Below are positions 35,479 to 45,426 of a stretch of 61,870 bases of DNA, in pieces. The translations under genes were made by a program, and so were the position numbers. The notes beneath the pieces are model-generated. The model saw only the letters and a list, made by a program, of their open reading frames with translations, was not told where the DNA came from and searched no databases. Origin of the DNA: a virus (taxonomy: Duplodnaviria > Caudoviricetes); the IMG/VR virus record IMGVR_UViG_3300018411_000001, positions 1 to 61,870 of that record, one strand, 5' to 3'. Position 1 is the first letter of the stretch, and each line of letters begins with the position of its first letter.

Positions 35479-36135
35479 CTAGTCTTCTTCGCTCAGCGCA
35501 TTGGCGATGTCGTCAATGGTCATGCGGGTGGACGGTTGGCGGCCGAAACGCTTCTGGTACAGCACGGCCAGCTCTTTGCGCGGGAGGTCAGTCAGGTCTG
35601 TCGGCTCTGCCTTCTCTTCCGGCTTGGGCTGAACAACGGGATCCTGCTTCACAGTCTCCTGCTTTACCTGCTCGACAGGCTCTTGTTTGGCTGTCTCGAT
35701 GGGCTGCTCATCTTCCACACCGACTTGCAGCTCCAGCAGGGTTGCGTCGATGTAGGCATAGCGCTCTTCATCAGTGGCTTCGTTCCACTGGTCATAGTCC
35801 AGACCGGAGTCTTCAAATGCCATGGCAACCAGGTCAGCCAGGGCAATCGTCTCGCCACCCTTGATCGAGTAGCTGGCGGAATGGATGTTGGAGCCGACCA
35901 GCTCTTGCTCGTGCTTGATCTGCTGCTGCGCCTCTTCCGGCAGTTCTTCACCAGACAGGACGCGATAGGCTTCACGGATCCGCAGCAGGCAGCGAACGTG
36001 GCTCTGCTCCAGCACATCAGCAACGTGAGGGTCTTCGTGATTGCCGGTTTCAGGGGCAAAGTGGTAGGTGCGTGCCGGCGCGTCCATGTCGATCACGGAA
36101 CCGCCTTTGCGCTTGATGATGCATTCAATTTTCAT
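35479..36135 (-). CDS. Virion-associated hypothetical protein
   Basis: MKIECIIKRKGGS..YHF.P; follows the capsid genes. Confidence 0.7.
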   Translation of the reverse strand: MKIECIIKRKGGSVIDMDAPARTYHFAPETGNHEDPHVADVLEQSHVRCLLRIREAYRVLSGEELPEEAQQQIKHEQELVGSNIHSASYSIKGGETIALADLVAMAFEDSGLDYDQWNEATDEERYAYIDATLLELQVGVEDEQPIETAKQEPVEQVKQETVKQDPVVQPKPEEKAEPTDLTDLPRKELAVLYQKRFGRQPSTRMTIDDIANALSEED

Positions 36136-36163
36136 GAGGTTACCCTTTCATGGGTCAGACAGG

Positions 36164-36190
36164 AAAAAAGGGAGGGCTGAGCCTCCCTTT
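36164..36190 (-). terminator. Intrinsic terminator after the capsid genes
   Basis: AAAGGGAGG/CCTCCCTTT stem with a U-run. Confidence 0.85.
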
Positions 36191-36201
36191 CCGTTGTGCT
36201 G

Positions 36202-36660
36202 TTACTGGTGGTAGTACAGGAACAGATGCAGACGCTTGCCAGCGGCTGCCGCAACCGCACCGGATACCTTGACCCCGATAGAGCGCTCGTATTCCTGGGG
36301 AGCGAGCAGCAGAGGGTCAGCCTTGGACAGGGATGCCAGGCGCACGGTCAGATCGGCGTCGTCAAAGAACTCGGCGCCGCTGGTGCGGGCAGTACCATCC
36401 GGGTTCAAGTCAGCGCCCACTTCACCGGTCATCACGCCAACGTCGGCGGTAAGCCCGGTCAGGGTGCCTTCTGTCACCAGTTTGGCCTGGTCGATGCGAG
36501 CGTAAGGGGGGATGATCCCCAGCTCCAGGATGTCGCCAGCACCCAGCGCACCCTCTACACCCACATCGTAGGTGAAGTGGGTAACGTGGACTGCGCCAGC
36601 GGTTTGGGGGCGAATGGTCTGCTTGAGACCCTTCGCGTGTTGCGATTTCACGATAGCCAT
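36202..36660 (-). CDS. Capsid decoration/cement protein
   Basis: Small beta-rich protein between the major capsid gene and the terminator. Confidence 0.7.
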   Translation of the reverse strand: MAIVKSQHAKGLKQTIRPQTAGAVHVTHFTYDVGVEGALGAGDILELGIIPPYARIDQAKLVTEGTLTGLTADVGVMTGEVGADLNPDGTARTSGAEFFDDADLTVRLASLSKADPLLLAPQEYERSIGVKVSGAVAAAAGKRLHLFLYYHQ

Positions 36661-36672
36661 GTGCTCTTCCCC

Positions 36673-37776
36673 TTATGCGGCGTTCGGGTCTTTCGCTGCG
36701 GTATCGATAGACACCACACCGAAGTCACGCGAGTTGAACCGGGTCTTGGTGATCCCGATGATGGTGCCGGCTGCAACAGTCGGCTCGTTGCCGTAGTCGT
36801 CGGTTTCTTCTTTCCAGTTGAAACGCATGCCACCACCGCCGTTGCCATAGGCAATGACAGCAGCCTGACGACCCATGAACAGCGCACGGCCAGCGTGAAC
36901 GTTCGAGCCAGCGCCGTAATCCTTGAAACGGATCGCGCTTTCGTGGGAGTGCAGCACCACGTTGTTGATCATGCCCAGGCCACCACGGAAGATGGGGTTA
37001 GCCTTGCCCTCGGCACCGGCAGCCGCTTTCTGAACTTCGAGCCAGCCACGTTCGCCGGTTTCGTTGCGCAGGTCGGTTTCCTGGTCGGGGGACATCAGCA
37101 TCACGTAATGCTTCTCGGAACCCACGGTTACCGGCACGAGGCTGGTAGCTTTCGGATCGCGAGCCTGCATCATGCGGGCCTTGTTCACGGCACGCTCCAC
37201 CAGGGAGCGGGACATGGTGTCAGTGGCGGTCAGGGACGCCTTGCTGGTAGCTGCGCCACCAAACATCAGGTGACCACTGTCAGGGGCGCGCAGCGGGTTG
37301 TCAGCGTGACCGGTGTAGTCAACGTCTTCATAGAAGTCTTCGTTGATGCCACGGGCGCCAGACAGGTAGATGAATTTCAGCTCATCCATGTACTTGGCCC
37401 AGTATTCGGACAGACGGTCCTTGGCCACGGTACGCAGGTCGTGCTCGGTGCGCTTGCGGGTCATACGACCACCAGCGGACACGGCATGACGCAGCTGGTC
37501 GATGATCACTTCATCGGTAAAGAACTTGAGCTGTTCTTCCTTACCCTTGATGCGACCATCGCCAGAGGTGGGCTTGCCACGGAGCTTGACGGAAAGGTCG
37601 AAGGAGATCCGGTCGCCAGCAGCAGATTCAATGTCAGTCTTGCGTTGAATGATGCTGTTGTCGCCAGTCCCTTCGAACTTGGTGAAGTAGGCCTGCTTGT
37701 CCGTCTCATTAAAGAGTCGGCCAGACCAGACCTTGACGGCTTTGGGGTCACCAAAGCGGATTACGGTTTGACCCAT
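36673..37776 (-). CDS. Major capsid protein, N4-gp56 family
   Basis: GDRISFDL, G.EE.L.F..DEV.IDQLRH.V, DYGN, DFGV motifs. Confidence 0.93.
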   Translation of the reverse strand: MGQTVIRFGDPKAVKVWSGRLFNETDKQAYFTKFEGTGDNSIIQRKTDIESAAGDRISFDLSVKLRGKPTSGDGRIKGKEEQLKFFTDEVIIDQLRHAVSAGGRMTRKRTEHDLRTVAKDRLSEYWAKYMDELKFIYLSGARGINEDFYEDVDYTGHADNPLRAPDSGHLMFGGAATSKASLTATDTMSRSLVERAVNKARMMQARDPKATSLVPVTVGSEKHYVMLMSPDQETDLRNETGERGWLEVQKAAAGAEGKANPIFRGGLGMINNVVLHSHESAIRFKDYGAGSNVHAGRALFMGRQAAVIAYGNGGGGMRFNWKEETDDYGNEPTVAAGTIIGITKTRFNSRDFGVVSIDTAAKDPNAA

Positions 37777-37831
37777 AGTGCTTGTCCTCAAACGTGCGGG
37801 TTGTCATTGACCGCACGTCATGCGCAGCACT
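37777..37831 (-). promoter_or_regulatory. Capsid leader structure enclosing the RBS, carrying GCGCATGACGTG
   Basis: AGTGCT/AGCACT and ACGTGCGG/CCGCACGT stems flank SD GAGGA; 12-mer at 37814-37825. Confidence 0.65.
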
Positions 37832-37844
37832 TTCAAACGTTGTG

Positions 37845-37873
37845 ATTATCAATCCAGTGTTGTCGAATTGCAA
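37845..37873 (-). promoter_or_regulatory. Sigma70-like promoter for the capsid genes
   Basis: TTGCAA-17 nt-GATAAT. Confidence 0.65.
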
Positions 37874-37888
37874 ACACTGCATCCGTGA

Positions 37889-38071
37889 CTAAACAGCCTC
37901 TTGCGGGGCTTGCCCCTCCTTTTCCTTCCGTTGTGACTTGGGAGTCCTTACCACTACATCATCCGGCGCGTCGATGATCAGCGAGCAAACCTGCCCTGAT
38001 TTGTGCACCATCTTGATTTTTACACCGCCGATCCAGAGGTCTTCACCCAGCTTGAGGTCATGTTTAATCAC
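37889..38071 (-). CDS. Divergent CsrA/RsmA-like RNA-binding protein
   Basis: LKLGEDLWIGGVKIKMV.KSG.VCSLIIDAPDDVVV parallels CsrA R..GE.L.IGD.V.V.VL..G.QVRIG..AP..V.V; SD AGGAG. Confidence 0.75.
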   Translation of the reverse strand: MIKHDLKLGEDLWIGGVKIKMVHKSGQVCSLIIDAPDDVVVRTPKSQRKEKEGQAPQEAV

Positions 38072-38081
38072 GATATGTCTC

Positions 38082-38993
38082 CTATGCCCGCTGGGAGTAT
38101 GCGTCGAGTTCAGCGGCTGAGAGCTTGCCCAGCGCCTCCTCGTAGGCCACACCTTCCAACCGGTCGAGTGCAGCCCAGCGGCCATCCTCTACCGAGTTAC
38201 CGTTGGAGACAGGCAGCCCGCCCAGAGTAGGAGGCGCAGTGATCGACTTCTTGCCAGCTGGTGCTTGTTGCTGCTGCTCGCCGGCCGGGGTGAAGTTGAA
38301 GCGCTTGCACCACATACCATAGGCCTTGTCGATCTCGGCTTGGCCAGGAGTGCCGCCTGCTTCCATGACCGGGCCAGTGGTTGCCTTGAGGTAGCTGTCA
38401 AAGCCATCCATCGACACCTGGTCTTCTGCCAGCTCTGGGTGCTTACCCAGGAACGGCTGGATCAGGCCCTGCCAGTGGTTCATCAGCGCTTGCTGGCTGC
38501 TTTCCCGCGCCAGCTCGGCACGGTCCTTCATTTTCTCCAGGTCACGACTCTCGCGATCCAGCTTGCGCAGCTCTGCCCGCCATTCGGTATGGGAGATGTC
38601 ACCATCGTCATACTTCTTGTCCAGATCCAGCAAGGCCTGCTCGTTGGTCTTCACCCGCTCTTCGAAGTCTTCCGGCAGTGAAGCATCAATCACACCGCGG
38701 GGGCGTGGGATAGCTGGGGCTGGCTTCTCTTCCACTGCAGCAGCCTCAGCGGCCGGTTGCTCTGCTGCCTGTTCGGCGGCTTGCTCAGTAGGCTTGGTAG
38801 CAGCGGCAATGGCGTCGGCTTCACGCTTGGCGCCAGCCTCGTCCTGCAGGCGCTGCTCATCAGGTGTAGGGTCCGCATCACTGCCCTCGCCATCATCCAT
38901 CATCCCTTCGCGCTCGGCGTCGGTCAGGTCGTCCCATTGCTGTTGGGTAAATTCGTCCTGCAAAAAGTCCGGTACAGTGCCCGTCATGGTCAT
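38082..38993 (-). CDS. Scaffold protein
   Basis: Acidic and helical, PPTLGGLP near the C-terminus; lies between portal and capsid. Confidence 0.78.
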   Translation of the reverse strand: MTMTGTVPDFLQDEFTQQQWDDLTDAEREGMMDDGEGSDADPTPDEQRLQDEAGAKREADAIAAATKPTEQAAEQAAEQPAAEAAAVEEKPAPAIPRPRGVIDASLPEDFEERVKTNEQALLDLDKKYDDGDISHTEWRAELRKLDRESRDLEKMKDRAELARESSQQALMNHWQGLIQPFLGKHPELAEDQVSMDGFDSYLKATTGPVMEAGGTPGQAEIDKAYGMWCKRFNFTPAGEQQQQAPAGKKSITAPPTLGGLPVSNGNSVEDGRWAALDRLEGVAYEEALGKLSAAELDAYSQRA

Positions 38994-38999
38994 TCTCCG

Positions 39000-41297
39000 T
39001 TATTGCAGGCCTAACGCCTGCGGTTGTGGTTGGGATTCTTGGGGTGCAGCTTCTTGCTGCATGGCCTGTTGCTGCATCTGTTGTGCAGCCATGGCTTGTT
39101 CTGTCTGGGCGGCCACGTCCTCCTCTTCTGTGCGAGACACATAGCCAGCTTCGTGAAGCATACCATCTGCGACCCGTATTGCGCCTGGGGAACTTATCGC
39201 CATGAGTGCAGCCTCGATGGCCTTGGTCTGTGTGGCCACGTTCTCGCCGGCCAGGGTGCCCATGATCTGGCGTATGGTAGCCATCGTCTTCTGGATGTCT
39301 GCCTGGTCCTTGCCGGCCTTGGCCTCTTTGGCTGCAATGTCGGCCATGGCGGCGCGCATCTGCAGCTCTTGCTGCTGTGCTGCTGCCTGGTCCTTGGCGT
39401 CCTGCTCGGCCTGCTCTTCCGGTGTCAGCTCTTCCTGGTCCGGGTCTCTCATGCCGGTAACCTGGCGGATCCGCTTCACGATTTCATCACGGCTGGCGAT
39501 GTCCATGCCTTCAACAATGAGGTCGAGCATAACCATAGCAACCTGGGGAGCGACTGGTGCGAGCTGTTGCAGCAGGCCGAACAGCTCTTCTGTCTGTGCC
39601 TGGCGCACGCTTGCTCGCCAATCCTGGTCACTGATGATGAAATCAGCCTTGCTGCGGGTGATGTCGTTCTCGGGTAGGCCGTCATTCACCTCGATGTACT
39701 CAGGGGTGCCGCGCATGTTTGTGATGCGGAACTGCTTGCGCTCACTGAAATACTGCTCGATGAGGGACAGCTCCTTTTGACCATGCACCTGCACGGCAAA
39801 GCGCAGGTTATCGAAGATCCCCGCAGTGGCCATGGCGCCCTGCTCTTGTCTGCGACCGATAGCCAGACCGCTGGTGGCATTGGTCTGGCGGCCCATGTTC
39901 TCATCTGTCACACCGGACAGGCTCTGGATCATGGATATGGAACGGCTCATCAGGTCGAGATGTGCCGGCGCCAGCTCGCGCTCGGCGTTGATGGTCATCT
40001 CGTGACCCTTCTTCTTGATGAGGATAGCGTCAGGCCGGCCGACTTCCTCCCGGAACTCATCCAGGTCATCGACTGCGCCCTCGTCCATGATCACCTTGTT
40101 GGTGGACAGGATGTAGAGCGCCTTGGATGCCCGCTTGTTGATGTCCTCCTGGATATCGCGCATGCCACGGATCATGCCGTAGGGCAGGCCGTCACGGCTG
40201 CGGCGGTAACACCAGATCGGGGTAAAGGGGAAATCGTTGTGGCGGTAAGGGGATTCGTCGAGGTAGAGCATGCCCACATCGCACAGCAAGGCGACGTGCA
40301 TGCGCATCATGGTACGCAGTGCCGGTACACCCTCGCCCTTCTGAATGCTCTCCTGGTGGCCAGTGGCCGGGCTCTCTTCGTCATACACCTCGCCGGCAAA
40401 GTCGCCGCCGACCATCCGCATGACCTTCTTGGGCTTGCGGTACCAGATCTCCATCACCCGCACACGCAGGCGCTTTTGACCGTTGACGACTGCCATCTGC
40501 GAGGAATAGCCATTGAGGCTGTCCTCTTGGCTGTCCATGGCTTCATCACCCAGCTGGTCGAGGCCAGAGTAGTAGGCGCTGCCAGAGGCTGATGCCCGCA
40601 GTGTGCCGCAGCGGTCAGGGAAGATGGCCTCAGCGATATCGAGGTCAAGCCACTTGGAGCGAATGACATAGCGGCAGTCAGACAGGTCTTTTGCAGTGCA
40701 GGCGCTATCCCACAGCATATTGCGCCAGCTCTCGTAGCGCATGGTCACAGGCTCGCCGTCGTCCTCGTTCTGGACGCTGCTCTCCATCCAGCCCACGCCG
40801 ACCTTTACGCAATCCTCGAATGCGCTGGAGCGATGGAACGGGGACATGTTCACATCACTCAGGTACTTCATCAGTTGGGTCTTGCGCTCGGCAGGCTTGG
40901 CGGCATCCTTGCGGCGGGGGAGGATCCGGTAATCAGTGCGGCCGCGCTTCTCGGTACCCAGCACCCAGTTAACGGCACCGGCTATGACGTTGTAGACCAG
41001 AGGCATCTGGCCACGGTCCCGCAGCTCCTTGGCGTCATCCTCTCGCCACTGGATGTTGTCATAGAAGTCAGCATCAACCGCCATATCGACGCGGTTCTCT
41101 GACTGTCGGTCCAGCTCATCCTGATAGATACCCAGCAGCAGCCTGTGCTGCTCGACCATCGCAGGGCTATCCAGTGGGTTGCGCTGCTCCTGCTCCCGGT
41201 CATCGCTTGCCTTTTCAAGGCGGGAGTATGGGTCACGACTGTCAAGCCGCCCCTCGGCAAAGTCCATGCCGGTGTTCTTATGCTCTGCATCAAACAC
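39000..41297 (-). CDS. Portal protein (P22/N4-like)
   Basis: DFYDNIQW, RGQ.PLVYN, LPYGMIR..RD.Q..INKR, SG.AI..RQ.QG; Gln-rich barrel tail. Confidence 0.92.
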   Translation of the reverse strand: MFDAEHKNTGMDFAEGRLDSRDPYSRLEKASDDREQEQRNPLDSPAMVEQHRLLLGIYQDELDRQSENRVDMAVDADFYDNIQWREDDAKELRDRGQMPLVYNVIAGAVNWVLGTEKRGRTDYRILPRRKDAAKPAERKTQLMKYLSDVNMSPFHRSSAFEDCVKVGVGWMESSVQNEDDGEPVTMRYESWRNMLWDSACTAKDLSDCRYVIRSKWLDLDIAEAIFPDRCGTLRASASGSAYYSGLDQLGDEAMDSQEDSLNGYSSQMAVVNGQKRLRVRVMEIWYRKPKKVMRMVGGDFAGEVYDEESPATGHQESIQKGEGVPALRTMMRMHVALLCDVGMLYLDESPYRHNDFPFTPIWCYRRSRDGLPYGMIRGMRDIQEDINKRASKALYILSTNKVIMDEGAVDDLDEFREEVGRPDAILIKKKGHEMTINAERELAPAHLDLMSRSISMIQSLSGVTDENMGRQTNATSGLAIGRRQEQGAMATAGIFDNLRFAVQVHGQKELSLIEQYFSERKQFRITNMRGTPEYIEVNDGLPENDITRSKADFIISDQDWRASVRQAQTEELFGLLQQLAPVAPQVAMVMLDLIVEGMDIASRDEIVKRIRQVTGMRDPDQEELTPEEQAEQDAKDQAAAQQQELQMRAAMADIAAKEAKAGKDQADIQKTMATIRQIMGTLAGENVATQTKAIEAALMAISSPGAIRVADGMLHEAGYVSRTEEEDVAAQTEQAMAAQQMQQQAMQQEAAPQESQPQPQALGLQ

Positions 41298-41709
41298 GTT
41301 TGACAATCTCCTGGTGGGTGACCTTGCCAGTGTCTGTGTCAGTGCGGAACGCATCACCAACTACGACAGTCTTGAGGGGCTTGACCGGCATCTTCACCAG
41401 ATCGCCCAGGTGGTCATGAATGAGGGACAGCACGCGCATGTGGGTGATGCCATTCACGTAGTCCATGCCGTTTGCCTGCAGGAACTGCATAACCAGGGCA
41501 GCGGAAGCGCGGGGGCTGACTTCGGGATCGTCAGGGTTCCAGCGGAAAGCGGAATCCAGCTCGACAACCAGCGGGGTGCCAGGCTTGAAGGCGGGCATAA
41601 CGACAAGGCAGGGCCTGAGCCGTTCACCGTACCAGCTGCCGTACAGCGTAAGGTCGCCCCGCGTCTTCACGAAGTGCGATTGTGTCAGGTCCAAATCGAA
41701 GTGCGTCAT
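41290..41709 (-). CDS. Hypothetical protein between terL and portal
   Basis: Clean ORF overlapping the portal start. Confidence 0.75.
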   Translation of the reverse strand: MTHFDLDLTQSHFVKTRGDLTLYGSWYGERLRPCLVVMPAFKPGTPLVVELDSAFRWNPDDPEVSPRASAALVMQFLQANGMDYVNGITHMRVLSLIHDHLGDLVKMPVKPLKTVVVGDAFRTDTDTGKVTHQEIVKRV

Positions 41710-41775
41710 GTGGTATCACCGCCTGTTGTCGTTATGCGCTATATGTTGCCGTTTTAGCAACAGATTAGCCAATAT

Positions 41776-43476
41776 TTAAGCTGCCATGCCGGAGCGGTTG
41801 CGGCGCTTTGGCCTGCTGCCAGCCTTCGCGCCCGTCTGGTTGTTCACGAATGTCTGTGCTGCCTGTCGCAATGCGTCTGAGGCTTCTGAGTGGACATCGT
41901 GCTGCGGCTCATCCATCCAGCACTGGAGCACGGTATTCCATTTCTTCTTGTAGCTATCGAGGTGAACAATGCCCTCCTTGCAGCCTGTCTCGTCAATCCA
42001 GCACGAAGAGAGGAAGTCACGGGTAGCGGATATGCCGTGCTGTATCTCAGAGATCCGCGGGACTATCTCAATCTTGCGCAGGCCCAGGTTCTCCAGCATG
42101 ACCCGTGGGGAGTTGTTGTTGATCTCGCCCTGCTTCTCGTGCGCTCCGTCGTGCGGCAGGTAGTGGCGACCCCACACACAACCGGTCTTGCGCTGGAAGT
42201 CGTCCATCTTCCTGACGTAGTGGGCGTAGGGCTCTCCCCAACCCTCCTCGAAGTGGATGAAGCGGTGCTGGGTGCCCACCTGCTGGTGGAACCAGATGGC
42301 GGTACCATCGCTATTGCCGATATCCCAGAAGGTATTGACCGGCACGCCAGGCTCAAAGGATACGGCGCCGATGCGCTTCTGCTTCCTGGCCAGGGCCATC
42401 TGGACAGCATAGTAGCAACCCTTGTTCGATACCTGAAAGGCTTCCCCTGGTGTGGATGGGTATTCCTGCCACATCGACTCCTCTTCGCCCGAGAAGTCGT
42501 TATCCCGGGTCGATACCCACCAAGCACGCTGCTCGATGTCGATGCGGGTACCCATCTCACCCTCAATCTTGTCGAAATACTCATCGTCAGCCGCACTGAT
42601 GACCACATCGTCCGGGTCCATCCGGTAGTTCGGCTCCTGCCACCATGGGAAGAAGTGGAAGCGGTACTCCTTGGGTGTGAGCCTGCGCCCCAGGTCAGCA
42701 AGGCGCTGTGACTTCTCGGTCATGTTGTAGAAGTGCCCGCTGCGGCCCTCTGCGGTGGACTCTATGAACAGCATGCCGCCATGGGTAGGAACGGTAGGGA
42801 TAGACCCTCGCACCACTTCCTCTGCTCGGTCAGGGCGCTTGGCGCATATCTTCCCGAACTCGGAGATGTGCAGGTAGTGCATGGTACCGGAACGCATGGA
42901 CGTAGAAACACGGATAGAGCTGTTGTTGTGGGCAAACAGCAGCTCCTCTGCAGCGTCACGCTTGAGCGGCATCACTTCGCGCAGGGCTATGGGCAGTTGC
43001 TCATAAGCGAACTTCACCTTGTCTCGGAAGATTGCCCGGGCTGCGTCCTCTTCGTGGGCGATGATGCCTGCCCGGATGTTGTTGCGGAACAGGGCGCAGT
43101 CGAGGAAGAAGATGCAGATGAGCGTGGTAAAGCCGAGCTGTCGCGCCTTGAGGATGATATTGCGGCTGTGCATCTTCTTGAGCAGGCGCCGCTGTGCGCG
43201 GTTTGGCTTGAAGGGCACGACCAGGGCGTCATCACTGTCGTCGTTGTCGTCGCCCTTGACCATTATCTTGTAGAGCACCCCAGAGCAGATGCGCCACATG
43301 GGGTCAGATAGACACACAGCCAGGTCAGCAGCAGAGGTGGGCACAAAGTCGTGCGGAACCGGCACCGATACAGTGGCTGGTTCATCAGGGTCGAGGAATG
43401 AAGGCAGGCGGCCGGCAGTGGATGGCGCATTGAGCGCTTGCAGGTACGACGGGTTAGCAGCCAATCGCACCCCCAA
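41776..43476 (-). CDS. terL: Terminase large subunit
   Basis: LKARQLGFTT, LHISEFG, IESTAEG, WDIG.SD, SDA; the true start may be a few codons later. Confidence 0.95.
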   Translation of the reverse strand: MGVRLAANPSYLQALNAPSTAGRLPSFLDPDEPATVSVPVPHDFVPTSAADLAVCLSDPMWRICSGVLYKIMVKGDDNDDSDDALVVPFKPNRAQRRLLKKMHSRNIILKARQLGFTTLICIFFLDCALFRNNIRAGIIAHEEDAARAIFRDKVKFAYEQLPIALREVMPLKRDAAEELLFAHNNSSIRVSTSMRSGTMHYLHISEFGKICAKRPDRAEEVVRGSIPTVPTHGGMLFIESTAEGRSGHFYNMTEKSQRLADLGRRLTPKEYRFHFFPWWQEPNYRMDPDDVVISAADDEYFDKIEGEMGTRIDIEQRAWWVSTRDNDFSGEEESMWQEYPSTPGEAFQVSNKGCYYAVQMALARKQKRIGAVSFEPGVPVNTFWDIGNSDGTAIWFHQQVGTQHRFIHFEEGWGEPYAHYVRKMDDFQRKTGCVWGRHYLPHDGAHEKQGEINNNSPRVMLENLGLRKIEIVPRISEIQHGISATRDFLSSCWIDETGCKEGIVHLDSYKKKWNTVLQCWMDEPQHDVHSEASDALRQAAQTFVNNQTGAKAGSRPKRRNRSGMAA

Positions 43477-43561
43477 TCACCATGCAATGTGCAAATCTTG
43501 CGTAATGTGATAGGGTTTTACCGAGGTCATTACGAAAAATCTGCACAATGCGGGGTGATAT

Positions 43562-43786
43562 ATGAAAGGTTTTGAGCTGCGCCTTTGGCGTATCGGTATG
43601 GGGTGGACGCAAGAACAGGCGGCGGAAGAGCTGGGTGTAACCCTTCGCGGCTACCAGAACTGGGAGAAGCCGCGAAAGGATGTCAGCAGAACGGTAGAGC
43701 TGGCCGCAGGTATGCTGTCCATCCACAAGGTGTGGCCAGACATAACGCGCACCATCAACAATATCAGCCTGATTGCTGGGCATTAG
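43562..43786 (+). CDS. Small XRE-family HTH protein, opposite strand between terS and terL
   Basis: LR.WR..MGWTQEQAAEELGVT.R.Y.NWE. Confidence 0.88.
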   Translation: MKGFELRLWRIGMGWTQEQAAEELGVTLRGYQNWEKPRKDVSRTVELAAGMLSIHKVWPDITRTINNISLIAGH

Positions 43787-44586
43787 TCATCCTCAACGGG
43801 CCTGAGCGTACTGCCAGGCAGACTCTTCAACAGGGCGACCAGTGGATTCTCATTGTCGCCCTTGAGCGTGAGCTTCGGATCCAGCATGCCCATATGCTGC
43901 ATCATCAACCTGGCAACTGCGAGCTGATCGTTTACCTTCACCTCGATGCCGTTCTGAGTTTCCTTCACGCCAGCGTAGAGCATGCGAGCCCCAGGTGAGA
44001 GGAACCGGGTATCGTGGATGTGAGTGCGCCCATGGCCTTCACCGCCGCAGTTCGGGCAATCTGGGTGTGGTAGCGCGTGAGGGTCAAAACCAAAGCCGCC
44101 ATCGGTAGATGGATAGGAAGCCTTATCCCCGTCAGCAGCGTCGATATCTCGACAGGTACGCTCGAACTCAGCCTCATCCTTCCACTGATACTTGTGGTCA
44201 ATGCCATTGCACTGGCGGCAGTTCTCGCGCCTGTGCTCGACAATCTCACCCACATCAGCAGTCATCATCGAGAACAGCCGGTTGAACATCTGATCCTGGC
44301 TGTATTCCACGCGCCGCAAGCGGGCCTGCTCGCCCTCAGAGATGGCCTTTTGCACCTTAACGAGGCTTAACAGTCGGGAGGCTGCAGCTTCGCATGCCGC
44401 CTTGTTGGTTACGCGGTAGACGCGCTGGTAGGCCTTCCATGCGACACGACGCTCCATTGACAATAGTTCATCGACGAAAGCCTGCTGCTCAAAATTGAGG
44501 CCAGTGTCAGCCTTTGCACGGCTTGGGCTGCGTTTTGCTGCTGGTTTTGTGCGTGGTTTTTTGGCGTCTGCTGGTTTTTTTTGCAT
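43783..44586 (-). CDS. terS: Terminase small subunit with Zn-binding insert
   Basis: AFVDE..AY..VY..AASRLL..VKV; CRQC and CPNCGGEG. Confidence 0.88.
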   Translation of the reverse strand: MQKKPADAKKPRTKPAAKRSPSRAKADTGLNFEQQAFVDELLSMERRVAWKAYQRVYRVTNKAACEAAASRLLSLVKVQKAISEGEQARLRRVEYSQDQMFNRLFSMMTADVGEIVEHRRENCRQCNGIDHKYQWKDEAEFERTCRDIDAADGDKASYPSTDGGFGFDPHALPHPDCPNCGGEGHGRTHIHDTRFLSPGARMLYAGVKETQNGIEVKVNDQLAVARLMMQHMGMLDPKLTLKGDNENPLVALLKSLPGSTLRPVEDD

Positions 44587-44680
44587 AGCTGCTTCGCATT
44601 CAGTGGATTGACTCCGGGGATCGCGCCGTACACACAGTACGGATCGCAATTGGTGCGATTTTAGAAACGGGGGTTCCTAA

Positions 44681-44941
44681 TTGCAAACACTGACTGAGTT
44701 GGCGAAGGAAATCATCAGGTGGGAGAGAATAACCCTCTCCAGGGGCGCGCACCGGATAATAAACATGGTGGCGGTCGAGGCCGTGTCCATCGGCGGGTGC
44801 AAAGACTGCACTTACGATGAATTGTTCCTGGATGATTTGATTTCGGTCAAAGCCGCGCTCGGTTTAAGCGGTGGCGTGTGGTGCGGCCTGTCGTCTGGCA
44901 ATGAGCCGCTAGTGGTCGTTCTGGCGCTGCGCATGGAGTAA
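44681..44941 (+). CDS. Possible hypothetical protein
   Basis: TTG-start ORF filling a gap; weak support. Confidence 0.35.
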   Translation: MQTLTELAKEIIRWERITLSRGAHRIINMVAVEAVSIGGCKDCTYDELFLDDLISVKAALGLSGGVWCGLSSGNEPLVVVLALRME

Positions 44942-45039
44942 TTCAGGTATTCATTCAGCATTCCTTGCGGATATTGCATCTAAGCATTAATATCTAAGAG
45001 TAAATTTAATTTACTTTTACCAACGCAAGGATATACGAG

Positions 45040-45426
45040 ATGGATATTACAGATGAAGTCAAGGAAGTCGCAGACCGCGCCTTTGAATTACTTGAAATGA
45101 AGAGCCCTCACCAGGTGGCTGTCGAGCTGGTGGAGCTGCAGCGTAAGCACAACATCGCCCTGAGCGCACAGAACAAGATGCAGGACCAGCGGGATCAGTT
45201 GGTTGCCCAGCTCAATGATTACTCTCAGCGTGGCGCAGTGGCGCCGGATGGCTGGCAGATAGTTCCAAGACTGCCAACAAATGAAATGCTCGCAGCCTTC
45301 CGCAAGGCTGATAGCGACTGGGAGGACGGATATGCCTTTGATGACAATGGCAACCGCCACGAGTCACCTGTTTATCAGTGGGTGGCCATGCTCGATGCCG
45401 CACCAAAGCCGGAGGACGCGCAATAA
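45040..45426 (+). CDS. Hypothetical protein
   Basis: PDGWQIVP..PT.EML...AMLDAAP, a common phage motif; SD AAGGA. Confidence 0.8.
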   Translation: MDITDEVKEVADRAFELLEMKSPHQVAVELVELQRKHNIALSAQNKMQDQRDQLVAQLNDYSQRGAVAPDGWQIVPRLPTNEMLAAFRKADSDWEDGYAFDDNGNRHESPVYQWVAMLDAAPKPEDAQ

